Of a stretch of DNA of 64,000 nucleotides, positions 31,786-44,307 are shown in pieces; position 1 is the stretch's first letter; the number at the start of each line of letters is the position of its first letter. The position numbers and the translations under genes were made by a program. Below the pieces are notes generated by a model. It had not been told where the DNA came from. It saw only the letters and a program-made list of their open reading frames with translations, and searched no databases. The stretch is from NCBI GenBank assembly GCA_000091205.1, contig AP006487.2; one strand, given 5' to 3'. Origin of the DNA: Cyanidioschyzon merolae. Its lineage: Eukaryota.

Positions 31786-34581
31786 TCAGTCACCCACGAG
31801 ATCCTTAATCCAGGCGTCCCAGCAGCCCGGTGGTGCCGCTGCCGTTGTTGTTGTTGTTGTTGTAGTCGTTGTCGTTGTCGTGGATCCCGGAAATGCCGAG
31901 GGCGCTACCGACCCTGCATCCAGGGCAGGCATCGAGTGGTGGCATTGTGAATCGCCTCCATGCCGTTTCTCGTGTGCTCCGTCGCTGGGCTCGGGACCAT
32001 TGAGCAGCGGCGATACACTCGATGGTGTCGAGTTCTCTGTCTGCAGAGACGGTGTGCCGGTGCATGTGCCGGTGCCGGTCTCGCTGGGGCCTCCTCCAAA
32101 CTCCGGTCCTTCGCTAGATGATGCAGCGCGGCTAGCGCACGCGTTCTCAGCAACCGCTGCTGGTACGACTCCAGTCCCAAGGATGCTTCCTGGCGTGATT
32201 GTGGCCGCAGCCGAAGCCGCAGCAGCTGCGTGGGGCGAAAGCGGCGATATGCGCGCATAGCTCCATGGGCCCCAGTCTGCTTGAGGCTGCTCCAAGAACG
32301 TTCCTCTCATTGGGGCCAGGTAAAACGAGTGCCCGAACGGGTCTAGGTGCTGATCAGATTCATCATTGCTGGGAGTACCAAGAACAGAGCAACCAGCTGC
32401 ACCGGTAGGCGCGACACACAGCGAGCTGCTGAATCCTCCAGGGTGCTGCTCGCAGACCTCTCCGCCTGGAATCTCCAGCGGCGGGAGCAGCCTCTGGCGA
32501 GCGCGTACACCCCGCAAGGCATCTTGCGTTGCTATCGCTCGAGACGGTGACCTTGTCGCTGCGAACATGAGCGGTGTCGGTGTCGGTATCGGTGTCGGCG
32601 GTACTGCTGTAGCGCACTGCTCCATTGGGGTAGAGGGCGCTCGGCTCAAAGCTCGTGTCGTTTGTGGTGCGCATGTCGATGCTACCGACAACGAAGTCGA
32701 TGCTGATGTTGACGACGACGACGACGACGACGATGGCGGCGGCGGCGGCGGTACATGCAAGGCATCCGTTGTCCTCGTTGCCGACAGGAAGCGTAGCAGC
32801 TCTGCAACGACCTCGTTGTGGCCATGCTGCGCAGCCAGGTGAACCGCAGTCTGTCCGTTCATGTTCGCTGCGTGCGCATTGACGGCGGGCAGTACACCAG
32901 CGCCCCGAATCCAAGCTGCAACCTGCAGCAAAAGGCGCACGCTTTCCGTCTTACCGTACTTGGCTGCGATCATAAGCGGCGTGTTCCCATCCTGTGCATC
33001 GGGCATGTCAAGCACATCGGCGGCATCCCAGAGCGGTACGCCCTGTGCCACCGGTGGTAAACCCAAGCACGCGCGCACGTCTGTGACCGTGATGAGTTCG
33101 CGCAGCACTTCGACATGGCCATAGCGTGCAGCGAAAGTCGCCGCCGTCCACCCTCGAGTGGAAGTTCTGCGCCTAGGATCGACACCGTCCCACAACGAGA
33201 GCAAATGGCGTACACATTTCGCGTGCCCGTGCTGCGCTGCGAGCATGAGCGCGGTGGCGCCCTCACCACATGGTGCATCGAGCACTGCCTGAAGCCACCG
33301 CTTTGCTGTGATAGTGACTGTCCCATTGGAGTCTGTGCCTGTCGTAAGGAGTGCAGATACCCTATGTTTCGCGAATTCGACCAGGAGCGCAACCACAGCC
33401 TCTTGACCGTGCTTCGCCGCGACGTGAATCGGCGTCATCCGCTTCCAATCAGCGGCAACGAGGTCCGCTTCGATTCGGACGAGCTCTTCGCCACCGTTCT
33501 TCAGCGCCGATTCGAGAATGGTCTGCACAACCTGAATATGGCCAAAGCGGCATGCGTAGTGCAGCGGAGTTGAGTTCTTCTTCCGAGACGGCGACACTGG
33601 GCCTTGAATGGCGGTCAGGGACGAGTAATTCGTGGTCGCCGAAGTTGGCGTGCTGATCGTGGACAACGGTGACGCCAGAGGGCATGTGCCTGCGCCCGCC
33701 GTTGCCAGCGGGCTTGGTTGCACTGCGCACACCAACCCTGGCGCCAGCGCTTGCGCAGCGGCAGGCGCGCACTTCACATACTGGAGCCCAGCGGAGACGC
33801 ACGCAGTGGTGCCGCTTTCGCTGCCGGTGTGCTCGCCTCGGAACGTGAACGCTGGGTCAGTTCGCTCATCGATGGAGCATAGAGGCGGCGTTATCTCGGC
33901 GGGCGCAGTTGCTCCACAGCGACTCTGTCTGAGCCCGGCGATATGCCCCGCGAACGTCTGCTCGTTCCGTGTACTGACGGCAGCGGCGCTTGCAAACGCG
34001 GGCGCATTTGGGTTCGGTGCTCCCGTTGCCTTCGCCGACGCTCCCTGGATGGCTGCATTCGCGTACGGAGTATGAACGTCCGCAGGGATTCCCGATACCG
34101 TTGCCGACGCCGGCGGTAGGCAGTTCGTCTCGAAAGCGCGGTTTCGGAGTGAACTTGCTTGAAACGCCTCTGCGACCCGAGAGGCACGCAGGCCGCCGAC
34201 CCGAGCACATCCAGCCGAACGCTCAGCGCCCGCTCCCGGCAATCTACGAGCCACGCTGGGCAAGGGCTTGCGTTCTGCTTGGGACCTATGTATGGCATCT
34301 TTGTGAAATCTCTGCTCCTCGTTTGAAGCTAGCGATTGCTCTGACCCGAGAGCATTCCGGACCGAGAAGTGACCATTGATATAGCTGCCAGTGCTGCTGG
34401 GTATACGCTCCGTGCTTTGCGTTCCCATCCGAGGCTCGCCCGATGGTCGCCGTTCCAGACGCTCTGACGATACGGGCTTTGCGCCCAGCACACCCGGAGT
34501 TCCAGCTCCGTGCTCCATTGTGCAATCCAATGTTCCCAGATGCAATCTATATGCTAGCAACGAAGAAGTAGTAGGCTTCAA
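31786..34581 (-). CDS. ankyrin-repeat protein with poly-Thr/poly-Ser/poly-Asp low-complexity tracts
   Basis: There are multiple 33-aa ANK repeats: TPLHYACRFGHIQVVQTIL, TPIHVAAKHGQEAVVALLV, TALMLAAQHGHAKCVRHLL, TPLMIAAKYGKTESVRLLL and TAVHLAAQHGHNEVVAELL. TTTTTTTTTTTTT and SSSSSSSSS tracts are encoded by the (GTT)n/(GAC)n microsatellites at about 31844-31888 and 32711-32751. Confidence 0.8.
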   Translation of the reverse strand: MKPTTSSLLAYRLHLGTLDCTMEHGAGTPGVLGAKPVSSERLERRPSGEPRMGTQSTERIPSSTGSYINGHFSVRNALGSEQSLASNEEQRFHKDAIHRSQAERKPLPSVARRLPGAGAERSAGCARVGGLRASRVAEAFQASSLRNRAFETNCLPPASATVSGIPADVHTPYANAAIQGASAKATGAPNPNAPAFASAAAVSTRNEQTFAGHIAGLRQSRCGATAPAEITPPLCSIDERTDPAFTFRGEHTGSESGTTACVSAGLQYVKCAPAAAQALAPGLVCAVQPSPLATAGAGTCPLASPLSTISTPTSATTNYSSLTAIQGPVSPSRKKNSTPLHYACRFGHIQVVQTILESALKNGGEELVRIEADLVAADWKRMTPIHVAAKHGQEAVVALLVEFAKHRVSALLTTGTDSNGTVTITAKRWLQAVLDAPCGEGATALMLAAQHGHAKCVRHLLSLWDGVDPRRRTSTRGWTAATFAARYGHVEVLRELITVTDVRACLGLPPVAQGVPLWDAADVLDMPDAQDGNTPLMIAAKYGKTESVRLLLQVAAWIRGAGVLPAVNAHAANMNGQTAVHLAAQHGHNEVVAELLRFLSATRTTDALHVPPPPPPSSSSSSSSTSASTSLSVASTCAPQTTRALSRAPSTPMEQCATAVPPTPIPTPTPLMFAATRSPSRAIATQDALRGVRARQRLLPPLEIPGGEVCEQHPGGFSSSLCVAPTGAAGCSVLGTPSNDESDQHLDPFGHSFYLAPMRGTFLEQPQADWGPWSYARISPLSPHAAAAASAAATITPGSILGTGVVPAAVAENACASRAASSSEGPEFGGGPSETGTGTCTGTPSLQTENSTPSSVSPLLNGPEPSDGAHEKRHGGDSQCHHSMPALDAGSVAPSAFPGSTTTTTTTTTTTTTAAAPPGCWDAWIKDLVGD

Positions 34582-36297
34582 AGAAGCGATGTCAACCGTC
34601 TCTTACCAGTAAGAGTCGGACAAAGCACTCAGCACAAAACGAAGCAGAACGAAACGGTGGCACTTGCGCTGCAGCGTGCCAGAGTGCGTGTCCAGCTGTC
34701 AGACACCGTCGTCACTTACGCGTCCGCTCTGAAAGCTGGACACGAACTTGCCCAAGGGCCTTGGCGAGAACGCGTCTTCGTTCCAAAAGCCTACTTTCGT
34801 ATGCCCAGTTTCCGAGGCTCCTTCACTATAAGAGAGCAAAGTCACAACCAAAGTCGTTGATTTGTTGCAACTTTCCCGCAACGTACCAAACTCGCGACTC
34901 TGCGTCTTGGTTGCGCTTTCACCAACTCGATTCCAGTAGCTGGAGGCTAGTGTCCACAAAAAGCACAAGTCCGACGTGAAACTCGTTCTACGCAGGTAGA
35001 GATGCTCCCAGAGGTCCGCACCGTCGTCGAGTCACCCCGAGGGCGTTGTCGGGTTTCGCGAACGAAGGAATATGTCGCAGTAGCAACGAGTTCCTTTCGA
35101 ATCCGAAACCTACGCCTCGTCAGTGTGTTTGGCCCGTCGATATCAAGTATGCGTTTCCCCGTATATGATATGACGTAACGGCACAATTGTCTGTTACTCG
35201 AAGAGCGAGCGACGCACGGACCGATGCGCGGGAAAAACCGACGGAACGGATGCGTGCACCGCCGTGACGCAGCGTCGATTTCTCCTTCGACGACACGCAT
35301 TCGATTTTGTGACACTTTAATGTAACGCTCGCGGGAGCGCGCGCGGCCACCCCGCGGGGATTTCGATTACATAGAGGTTATAGAGTTTCATGTCAATTGT
35401 GTTCCACTGCCAGGTGCAAGTACGCAACTGGTGTTTCGCGGTTCATAGAAGATGTATTCGGAGTGCGTTCAGTTCAAGAAATAAATACGCTAGAGGCAAT
35501 GGTTTCGACATGGGGTTCGTGGATCCCAGAGGCCCCGTATTGCAGGTTTCGACAAAAAAAGTGAAAAAATTCCTCTTCTTACGGAGCGTCGAGCAAAGAA
35601 GAGCGATTGACGAAGAAGCAGAAGGGGCGAACTGGGCGAGAAGAGGTATTTTCCGGACGGTGCGAAAATGAGACTCATGTCATACATAGGACGCTAGTCT
35701 TACGAATACTTGCATCGGTGAGTTCAACCAGAGGCAATGAACGCAATGAGTTCGTGAACCGGGAATCTCACACCGTCATTAAAATCAGAAAATGTGCGGT
35801 GCTGAACATGAGATTCGAGGAGCTGACGCGATCGAAGTAACTTGGGCAGCCTCTGGTACTCGACGTGTCCAGAAATATTCTGAAACCGATAAAAGTCGGC
35901 CGGTCAACGAAGGCGGGGAGGCGTATGCGCGTGCGTATACATACATAGCCTCCGTGGTCGTAGAACGTCTATTGGTTTCACGAAACATCGTATAAATGGA
36001 GCAGGTGCACTTGGCTAACTCTCGCGTCTACCCTAAAGATTTAGGCTGTTTCCAATGTCATCGACACCAGGCTTTGTGGAGGTTTTCTGAGACTGCTCCC
36101 TTTTTCTTGGACGTTGATACAGTTTTTTATACGCTGCTCCGTCCTTTCATCCAGTTTCCCTCCTGATAGTCGAAGGCTGTCAACAGCTGCGTTCGAGTTC
36201 GGACGTGAAGTTTCGGGCACTTATCTATCTATGCCGTTCATGCAGAGGCCGAAGTCGTCATCTACATTTCGCTCGCCATTTTGATCTTCTTTGTATG

Positions 36298-36324
36298 CAG
36301 CAGCAGCAGCAGCAGCAGCAGCAG
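36298..36324. repeat. (CAG)9 microsatellite
   Basis: Direct read: cagcagcagcagcagcagcagcagcag. It sits in an ORF-poor block. Confidence 0.9.
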
Positions 36325-38338
36325 TGCACCGTCTCCAGCGGCGACACTTGGGTGCCGTCGGGTGCTTCTATAGGCGCACCACCATCCAGCCTCCTCCAGA
36401 CGCTGCCTCGTGTCGCGTCAAACTTGCTTCATCGCAAGGTGTACGCCCTTGAAGGACACAGGGGCGCTCCACTCGATGCCCCCCTCCGTTTCGACGCCTG
36501 GTGTCGTACACTGTGGTCGCGGCCTTCCTCTTGGCGATTCGTTCTGCGACTGTTCTGTCTGCTGGACACGCAAGAACGTACTGTTGCATCCAATAAGATA
36601 TTTTGTGGAAAGCGATCTTGTCCTTGATAAAACACGAACCAGAAGGAGAATTCAGACTGGACAACACGTCGAGGAATTCCGACCCGGCTACGCTTGCACC
36701 ATTGCGAGCGAGAGATACAAAAAAACTCAGACCGGAGTCCAAGCGCCTGTCCCGTGCAAACAGAAGCGACGTCAGCCACTGAGCACAGATCCCCAAAGAG
36801 GTATCATGCAGATTTCGAATCCAGATTCGTCGATGGCCACGACGAGAGGAGCAATCATCTATCAAACCGAAATTATTACAGGACATGGTATGTTCAGTGA
36901 TCTTTTCGCATGAGCTTGCGAAAAATTCGCCAACGGTCAACGTCGAGATTTTCTCCTCGTCAGTTCAGCAGCGCGAATCGCTGCGTACGATGGTTGCCTT
37001 TAAACATAAAGATCGAGAACGTGAAGAATATGTGATTTGAACCTGCTACACACAAGCAAAGAAGGATCGTGGATGCTTGCACGTCTGCATTGCATACGGA
37101 TATCGATTCTTTCTTGCGTTCCCATGTTCGACTGCGTCGCGAATCCTCTTCATTCCAGTGGTGTCACGCCTTGCAGCGACAATGCTTCCAAGGCGCTACA
37201 TCGAAAAAAAATAACGACCGAGAATCCTGAATCGACGTATGAATCCGCATCCCCTTATGGTTGCTCTTCTAGTATCGAGTCTGTACATCTCAAAAACATG
37301 CTCGGAAAATATCGACATGCCGGCACTGGCCAAGCAGTTCAGTATTCCATTCTAGTGTGACATGGGCGTAGCGTTCGAACGTTTCCGCATTGATCGACGG
37401 AAATGACATACTCAGTAGAGATCCCGGCTGGCAGGGTGATTTTCCGGGATTCGCGCCCATATTCCACCATTCCTCGCGCAAACCCCAGGTTCCGACATCC
37501 TCCTCCTAAACGCCCGTCGGAGACAATAGCCGTTTCGTAAGTTCCGGCCTGCACTGAGCCTGCCAAGAGCGTTTGCAATAATCCCTATGGCACCGGTGCG
37601 TACCTGGCACGACGAGAGCGCGGCTTTGGGAAACCACTGAAGGCGTCGGCTTGAGGCATGGTTCACCCGACACGAGGTCAGATCTCATAGACATTCCGAA
37701 GTCCAGCGGACTTGCTATGCAGGCGTGCCTTAAAGGCAAGACCCGTTCGAGTTACATGGCTTACAGGAGGAATCCTGGGGGCTCGTCTCCCCTTCACAAC
37801 CCTCTGAGGAAAGCGTCGTCGTTTCGCAAAATAGCGGTTTTGCTCCGAACCCGCGCGTGAGAAGGTGCACGAATCGCTGAACTCGTGTGCTCTTCCGTTT
37901 CGTGCCAAATTTCGCCTAAAAGGTACGGAGCACACGAAAGCGCACGCTCTTGGTGAACGTACCACCCGGCTCGATGGCCGACCCGGGGGATTCAGGTCAA
38001 AATGATCAGACTTGCAACGTAAAAAATCCGTTCAAGCTGATTCCACCTCAAGACGACTCCACTCTAAATCATCCATACCATAGCATAGAATTTGCTCTCG
38101 AGCCGGCAACCAACGGCATCCAAATGTTTTTCTGAGGAAGCACCACGACACAGCAAACCGGGAAGCGGAACACGCGCGGCAACGTCGGCGCCACCGGACA
38201 CACCATCATCTGCGCCACTACATAACTGCATATTTGTGCTGCTACTTGTTCAGTTCAAGCTGGTGCATTTTTTTGAAAAAGTGATCCTAGTCGACGTGAA
38301 CAAATACATATTTCCTTCCAACATACTACGAACAAGGT

Positions 38339-39652
38339 ATGCGGTTGAGATCACCGGACCAGTGGCTACGGATTCGGCGCTGGCGAAGAACTGGCGGGCG
38401 TTCAGGGCACCCCGTGCGCAACCTTGCCCTGCTTGTTGTTATGCTTGGCGTTGGCCTGCTCTGGCTACACCCCGAAGCGCACTGGTACCAGCGCCTCAGC
38501 GGGCAAGTTCGGGCTAGGTTACGAGAGCAGTCTGCCGGACACCTCGTGAGCAGCGCCGACCGGAGCGAATCGGCCTTGCGTGAGGCTGGACGTGGAATGA
38601 GTGCGACTGCGTCAGTGAAACTGGGTCAAGCTCGCTGCAGCTGTGCACAAGAAATAGATACAGCGTTTAACTGCTTAAAAGTTCAAAGCGACGTTTTGGT
38701 AAGAGCGCTGGTGACGACGGCGCTCAGTTACGCGAAACCGTGGCGCTGTCAAGACGCTGCCAGCCTGCTGGCTACGTGTTATCTGGATCAACGATATGGG
38801 AACTTGTCCAGCCCGACAGTAAGTCTCGCTACGGTGGAACAGCGCGTACTTGGCGGGTACAGTGATCCGTTCCAGGCGCTCTGGGCCTGTGAGTTCTACC
38901 TCGCCAACTTCCTGCTCTGCGTCGACGACCTGGTTGGCGGTTCCGGAAACACAACGCGGAGCCTCCTCGGCGGTGCAGGACATATTCTGGGCGAGCTCCT
39001 GGTGCCTGTGAGTCGACCAGACATGCGGAGTCGGCAAATACTTCGCGATCCGAAGCGGACGAGTAGCATCCTTTATTGTCTCTTGAACTGGCATCGATGG
39101 GTGCTCCATCTTCAAGAAAATACTGCATGTATCGAGCCCTGCGAGGCTGTTGATGCAGCGCCCACATTCGACAAGATCTGCACGGGCTCGCTCTGTGCGG
39201 TGCTGTTTCGCGAGCCGCGGGGTCCACCGGTGACGCTCGCGAGCCTCACGACACCGGAACGGCCAGTACCGCGAGCCTGCATCGCCTGGTTGTTTGATGT
39301 GCTCGCGCAACTGGCGCTGCTCGCGGACGAGAAAGAGCTCGGGTCCAATAACCTATTCGCGCTCAGTGAAACAGCGAGCTATGGATCATGCTGGCCAATC
39401 GCTCAGCGTCTCGCTGGTTGCCTGTATACAAACGTTGTCGACGGCAATGGTGGTGGCCTCATCGGCCCAGTGCATCGTTGTGATAAATCACTAGGTGATC
39501 TCAGCGAATGCATCGGGGGGATCGCTCTTCGAGAGACGGCCCTACATTGTGCGACGCGGGATAATCTCTGGGCAGTGCGATGTGCACCCATGGTAGATCT
39601 TGACTATCGATCTTGGTACTTTGGTACCATGCAACTTGCCGCAAAAACGTAG
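38339..39652 (+). CDS. hypothetical Cys-rich protein with N-terminal hydrophobic segment
   Basis: A 437-aa uninterrupted ORF. The N-terminus has LALLVVMLGVGLLWL, a signal/TM-like segment. It is cysteine-rich and no family is recognised. Confidence 0.4.
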   Translation: MRLRSPDQWLRIRRWRRTGGRSGHPVRNLALLVVMLGVGLLWLHPEAHWYQRLSGQVRARLREQSAGHLVSSADRSESALREAGRGMSATASVKLGQARCSCAQEIDTAFNCLKVQSDVLVRALVTTALSYAKPWRCQDAASLLATCYLDQRYGNLSSPTVSLATVEQRVLGGYSDPFQALWACEFYLANFLLCVDDLVGGSGNTTRSLLGGAGHILGELLVPVSRPDMRSRQILRDPKRTSSILYCLLNWHRWVLHLQENTACIEPCEAVDAAPTFDKICTGSLCAVLFREPRGPPVTLASLTTPERPVPRACIAWLFDVLAQLALLADEKELGSNNLFALSETASYGSCWPIAQRLAGCLYTNVVDGNGGGLIGPVHRCDKSLGDLSECIGGIALRETALHCATRDNLWAVRCAPMVDLDYRSWYFGTMQLAAKT

Positions 39653-41337
39653 TGAGCACATCGAAAGCGACATTCCCGCTTCTCGTTCCTTGAATATCTT
39701 ATGGAGCACGGGCGTGGTGCGGATGCTTTTCTGGTGCAGTGCTCCAGGTGGTAAGAGCGTTCGCAGAGCTGCGCGCTCGCCACCGAAAACGGTGCGGATT
39801 CACATCCGTGGACGAACGAGATGTCGTCATGACCGGAATTGGCTAGTTTTGGCCAGAACACTTTGCATATGGCTACCCTCGAGCTATTTGATGGCCAATC
39901 GGGTACCGCAAGCGGTGCACGACATGAGGGCGTCTCTTCCGAGCGAAGCGTGCTCGCAGACAGACAACCGCACAACCGTGCCGTCGTACAGGAACGCTGC
40001 CAAACAATTTCGCGAAGCAGTCCCACCGTCAACAAATCCTTTCCCCGCATGTTTTCACGAGGCGCTCGATCTCTAAGTCCAATACCCGGTACGAGGCAAA
40101 AGCAGCCAACAAACATCCTCGTTGGTGAACCCAATGGTCGCGACTCGCGAGACCTACACTGCCACAGACAGAGTGACTCGAATGCGTCATTATCAGCGGA
40201 CCAAAAGCATTCTCACCTCGTGTCTGAGAATATCATCGCAATGAGCGTCTTGACTCTATCTACGGACTCGCATCTGGGCAAGCGGGCTGCTTCGTTCCAG
40301 GCGCCACCTCGAACCACAAGGCGTGACACCATAGAGAGCACCTGTACCAGCAAAATAGACGGACACCGTCGACGTTCACGACCAAGAGGAGCAGCGCTAG
40401 CAACGACGAAGTACAGTTGCAAAGCTAAAATTGCAGTGCTCGAGTACGAATGCGTTATGACACACACACACACACACGTAAATCTTCGACGTAATCCACT
40501 GCACTGTCCAGCGCCGGGCGGGTTGTTCGGAAGCGGCGCACCGCGCACGCGAGCTCAGTTAGCGCAGCGAAAAAGACGCACGCTCAAAAAATCAGTCGCA
40601 TAAAATGCCCAACATGTGAAGCGGATCTACCGCAAACAATCGGGAGACAACAGTCGACGTTGCGCCAAGTGCACCTGCCCTGAGAACAACCGTCAAGCTA
40701 CTGTTTCAGTGGAGGCGGCACACAGGCAAACCCATGAACCACCTTGATGCGTACCTCTAGAGCATCATAGAACTTCTCTTGCGCGCTCAGCGACGGTCGT
40801 CCCAGTTCCACTTTGTTCTCGTGTACCATAGACGGAGCCTTCGCGAGCGTAACTCCTCCACGTCCATCGCAAGTGGCGAAACGGAAGCCTGCCTGCAGCG
40901 CCTATCGGCACGTCGCTTGCGCCAGGACGTGCGATCACGCGCTCCTTTGCGCATCCTTCGTGTCATATTCATACGAAAATGTTCTATTATGTACTATATG
41001 CACGAAACGCGCACCAGCGCCCATCGATGGCGTCCAATGAATCCGAAAGGGTCATGTGCTGTACCAGTAGGGCAAACGCGCACCAGCGCCCATCTGTCAC
41101 GTCCAATTAATCCAAACTTGTTCCTATTCTCATGCAACCGGCCTGTCGACGCCGCGGCCGCGCGAGCATTCATGGCCCCTCAACGTCTGCTTGCGATCCA
41201 GATGCGCGCAGTGCCCCGAGCCGCCGCAGCCGCCGCAGCTGCCGCAATGCATCTGTGGCGATGGCGGCATTCTTCCATACGTTGAGCTCCACTGAAATTT
41301 CAGGGATTGGTCGTAGCTGCCCCAACTGCCCCACAAC

Positions 41338-44157
41338 ATGAATAGTTCTCTCATGAAACGTGTCGATTCAGTCGACTTTACCTCCCCGTTGCAGGCTAAC
41401 GTCGAGTTGCTGACCTCGTTGCTGGTGAGCGTCGTCGAACAGCACTGCGGTGAGGCAGTCGCGGGAGCTTTCGAGAAAGTGAGAACGCTGTCGCGTCTCT
41501 ACGACCTCACGCACGAAGAAAAGCACTTTGAGGAACTGTGGTCGCTTGTGCAAGAGCTCCCGATTGATGATCTCGTGAAAATCTGTTCTACTTTCAGCAA
41601 CCTGTGCAACTTGACGAACATTGCAGACCATGTGCACCGCATCCGCCGCCGCCGAGCTTACGAGCGGGGCGAGTCCTCGTTCCTCTTGCACTACGGCGCC
41701 GCGGAAACCTTCGAGTACCTGGTCAAGGCAGGCTTCACTCCTGAGGAGATCTATCGCAATTTATGCAACCAGACGATCGATATGGTTTTGACGGCGCACC
41801 CGACGCAGTCGGTGCGACGCTCGCTGCTAAGCAAGCTGCACAGCATTGGAATGCTGCTCATTGAGCTGGATCGCAACGACTTGACCCCACAGGAGCGAGA
41901 TCTCTTGCACATGCGGATTGAAGCAGAAATGAATGCCTTATGGCGGACAGATGAGGTTCGACGCAGTCGTCCGAAGCCGGAAGACGAAGCGCGGGCCGCC
42001 CTCAATGTCATCACGTCTACGGTATGGGACTCTGTTCCGCGTTTCCTACGGCTGTTGGATATTGCGCTCCGCAAGATTGGTATCGAGGGGGGGATACCCC
42101 TTGATTGTCGTCCGTTCGTGTTTTCCTCGTGGGCCGGCGGCGATCGCGACGGGAACCCCAACGTGACCGCTCAAGTGACTTGGGAGACGGTGCTCCTTAA
42201 TCGTTTCCGCGCTGCAGAGCTCTTCCTTGAGGCGATCGAGAGCCTAATGTTTGATCTCTCGCTGCATTACTGTAGCCCCGAGCTGCGCAAGTACATTCAG
42301 ACGTTACCCGAGCCACAGCTGGTTGAAAAAGGCGCCCGAATATCTCTCATATATCGCGAGTTTTCGCACCACGTACCACCATCGGAACCTTATCGACAGG
42401 TTCTGGCCCACGTGCGTGATCGAGTACGTCTCACGAGAGACTATTTCGGGGCATTGCTCTCCCAAAATCATGCGTTAGCGGATCAGATCGATCCCAGCAT
42501 TGTGCTTACCCACGAAGAAGAGCTACTGGAGCCACTGCGCCAAATCTACGCCTCCTTGCTAGCCGAGAGTGACGTTGCGGTGGCTCGCGCAGGACTCACC
42601 GACCTTATCCGCCGTGTTCAGGCCTTTGGTTTATCACTTTTGCGCCTCGATATTCGTCAAGAGGCGAGCATGCATACCGAAACCATGGACGCAATCACTC
42701 GGTATATCGGCGGCGGGTTGAAGCCGTACACCGAGATGACCGAAGCAGAACGGATGGCGTTTCTGTCGGAGACGCTGCAAGGACGCCGCCCACTCATTCC
42801 CCGCGACGGCATACCGGACTGCAGCGCTGCCGTCCAGGAGGTCTTGCGTACCTTTGAGGTATGCGCGAAAATCTCCCGTGAGATATCCACCACCGCGCTC
42901 GGTGCCTACGTCATTTCGATGTGCATGGAGCCGAGCGACGTCCTCTGTGTGGAGGTACTCCAACGCGAGTTCGCACCAAAACGGCCTCAGAGGGTGGTAC
43001 CGCTCCTCGAGACCATCGGAGCGTTGCAGAAGGCTACTGAATTGTTGACAAGCCTGTTTGAAGTGCCGTGGTACCGCGAGCACCTCAGGAGCGACCACGA
43101 CAATGTTCAGGAGGTCATGATCGGTTACAGCGACAGTGGCAAGGACGGTGGTCGAATCACCTCGGCGTGGGAGCTTTATCTTGGCCAAGAGCGTCTGGCC
43201 CAGACTGCCCGAAAGTACGGCGTGCACTTGCGCTTCTTTCACGGTCGCGGAGGCACCGTGGGCCGCGGCGGTGGGCCCCAGCACCTCGCGATCATGTCAC
43301 AGCCGCCGGATACCATCAACAAGTATTTGCGGGTAACCATCCAGGGAGAAGTCATTCAGCAGGATTTCGGAATGCCGGCCCTTGCGGATCGTACGCTGGA
43401 AACCTTCACAACAGCAGTTCTCCGGCAAGAACTGATGCCTTTCCGCAACGTACATCCCAAGTGGCGTGAAATCATGGACCGCATGAGCCACGTGAGCTGT
43501 GAGCACTATCGTTCGATCGTCTACAAGCAACCGAACTTTGTGCGCTATTTCCGGTGCGCTACACCAGAACCTGAGCTCGGCATCCTGAACATTGGGTCAC
43601 GACCCCAGAAGCGACGCGAAGGTGGCGTGGAAACGCTGCGGGCGATACCATGGGTCTTCAGTTGGAGCCAAAATCGACTCCAGTTACCGGTCTGGCTGGG
43701 CATCGGCGACGCCATCGAGGATGCCATCGAGCGAGGCGATGGCGACACCCTTCGCAAAATGTACCTCGAATGGCCCTTCTTCCGGTCGTTTATGGACCTT
43801 ATTGAAATGGTGCTCGCAAAGGCCGATACCCATATCGCTGCCAAGTACGACGAGGTGCTGGTTCCGGATCCCGACATGCACGCCATTGGGTCAGAGCTGC
43901 GGAGGCGGCTCCAGCATACCATCGCTTTGGTGATGCGCGTGTCGGGCTCTCGGCGTCTTCTCGATAACGACCGTCCACAGCAACGAGCGATTGATGCGCG
44001 GCGGCCTTGGTTGACCCCCATGAACTTGGCACAAGTGCGAGCGCTGAAACTCATGCGCACTGCAGCAGCGCAACAGAGCGAGCCGGAGTCGAACGTCACC
44101 GATTTGTTTGTGATTAGTGTCAAGGCGTTGGCGGCAGGCCTGCAGAACACCGGTTAA
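41338..44157 (+). CDS. PEPC: phosphoenolpyruvate carboxylase
   Basis: It carries the signature VLTAHPTQSVRRSLL and FHGRGGTVGRGGGPQHLAIMSQPP, and ends with the canonical C-terminus ...GLQNTG. The length of 939 aa fits the eukaryotic/bacterial PEPC. Confidence 0.92.
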   Translation: MNSSLMKRVDSVDFTSPLQANVELLTSLLVSVVEQHCGEAVAGAFEKVRTLSRLYDLTHEEKHFEELWSLVQELPIDDLVKICSTFSNLCNLTNIADHVHRIRRRRAYERGESSFLLHYGAAETFEYLVKAGFTPEEIYRNLCNQTIDMVLTAHPTQSVRRSLLSKLHSIGMLLIELDRNDLTPQERDLLHMRIEAEMNALWRTDEVRRSRPKPEDEARAALNVITSTVWDSVPRFLRLLDIALRKIGIEGGIPLDCRPFVFSSWAGGDRDGNPNVTAQVTWETVLLNRFRAAELFLEAIESLMFDLSLHYCSPELRKYIQTLPEPQLVEKGARISLIYREFSHHVPPSEPYRQVLAHVRDRVRLTRDYFGALLSQNHALADQIDPSIVLTHEEELLEPLRQIYASLLAESDVAVARAGLTDLIRRVQAFGLSLLRLDIRQEASMHTETMDAITRYIGGGLKPYTEMTEAERMAFLSETLQGRRPLIPRDGIPDCSAAVQEVLRTFEVCAKISREISTTALGAYVISMCMEPSDVLCVEVLQREFAPKRPQRVVPLLETIGALQKATELLTSLFEVPWYREHLRSDHDNVQEVMIGYSDSGKDGGRITSAWELYLGQERLAQTARKYGVHLRFFHGRGGTVGRGGGPQHLAIMSQPPDTINKYLRVTIQGEVIQQDFGMPALADRTLETFTTAVLRQELMPFRNVHPKWREIMDRMSHVSCEHYRSIVYKQPNFVRYFRCATPEPELGILNIGSRPQKRREGGVETLRAIPWVFSWSQNRLQLPVWLGIGDAIEDAIERGDGDTLRKMYLEWPFFRSFMDLIEMVLAKADTHIAAKYDEVLVPDPDMHAIGSELRRRLQHTIALVMRVSGSRRLLDNDRPQQRAIDARRPWLTPMNLAQVRALKLMRTAAAQQSEPESNVTDLFVISVKALAAGLQNTG

Positions 44158-44307
44158 GCGTGGTATCCAGGGTTCGTCCCTGGATGCTCTGTACGATAGG
44201 GAAAAGAGCGGAGCTTGTCTGCGTGAGTTCACGATTGAACAAGCGCAGAACGAGCGATCGGCGAAAGCGTCTTTCAGGCCAAGCGTAAAGCAGCACAGCC
44301 TCCACCT

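Noticed and set aside
36205-36940. ORFs at 36205..36627(+), 36368..36940(-) and 36410..36913(+) in the 35-38 kb desert, including a poly-Gln ORF.
   Set aside because: They overlap in three frames. The poly-Q is just the (CAG)9 microsatellite. There are no recognisable domains.
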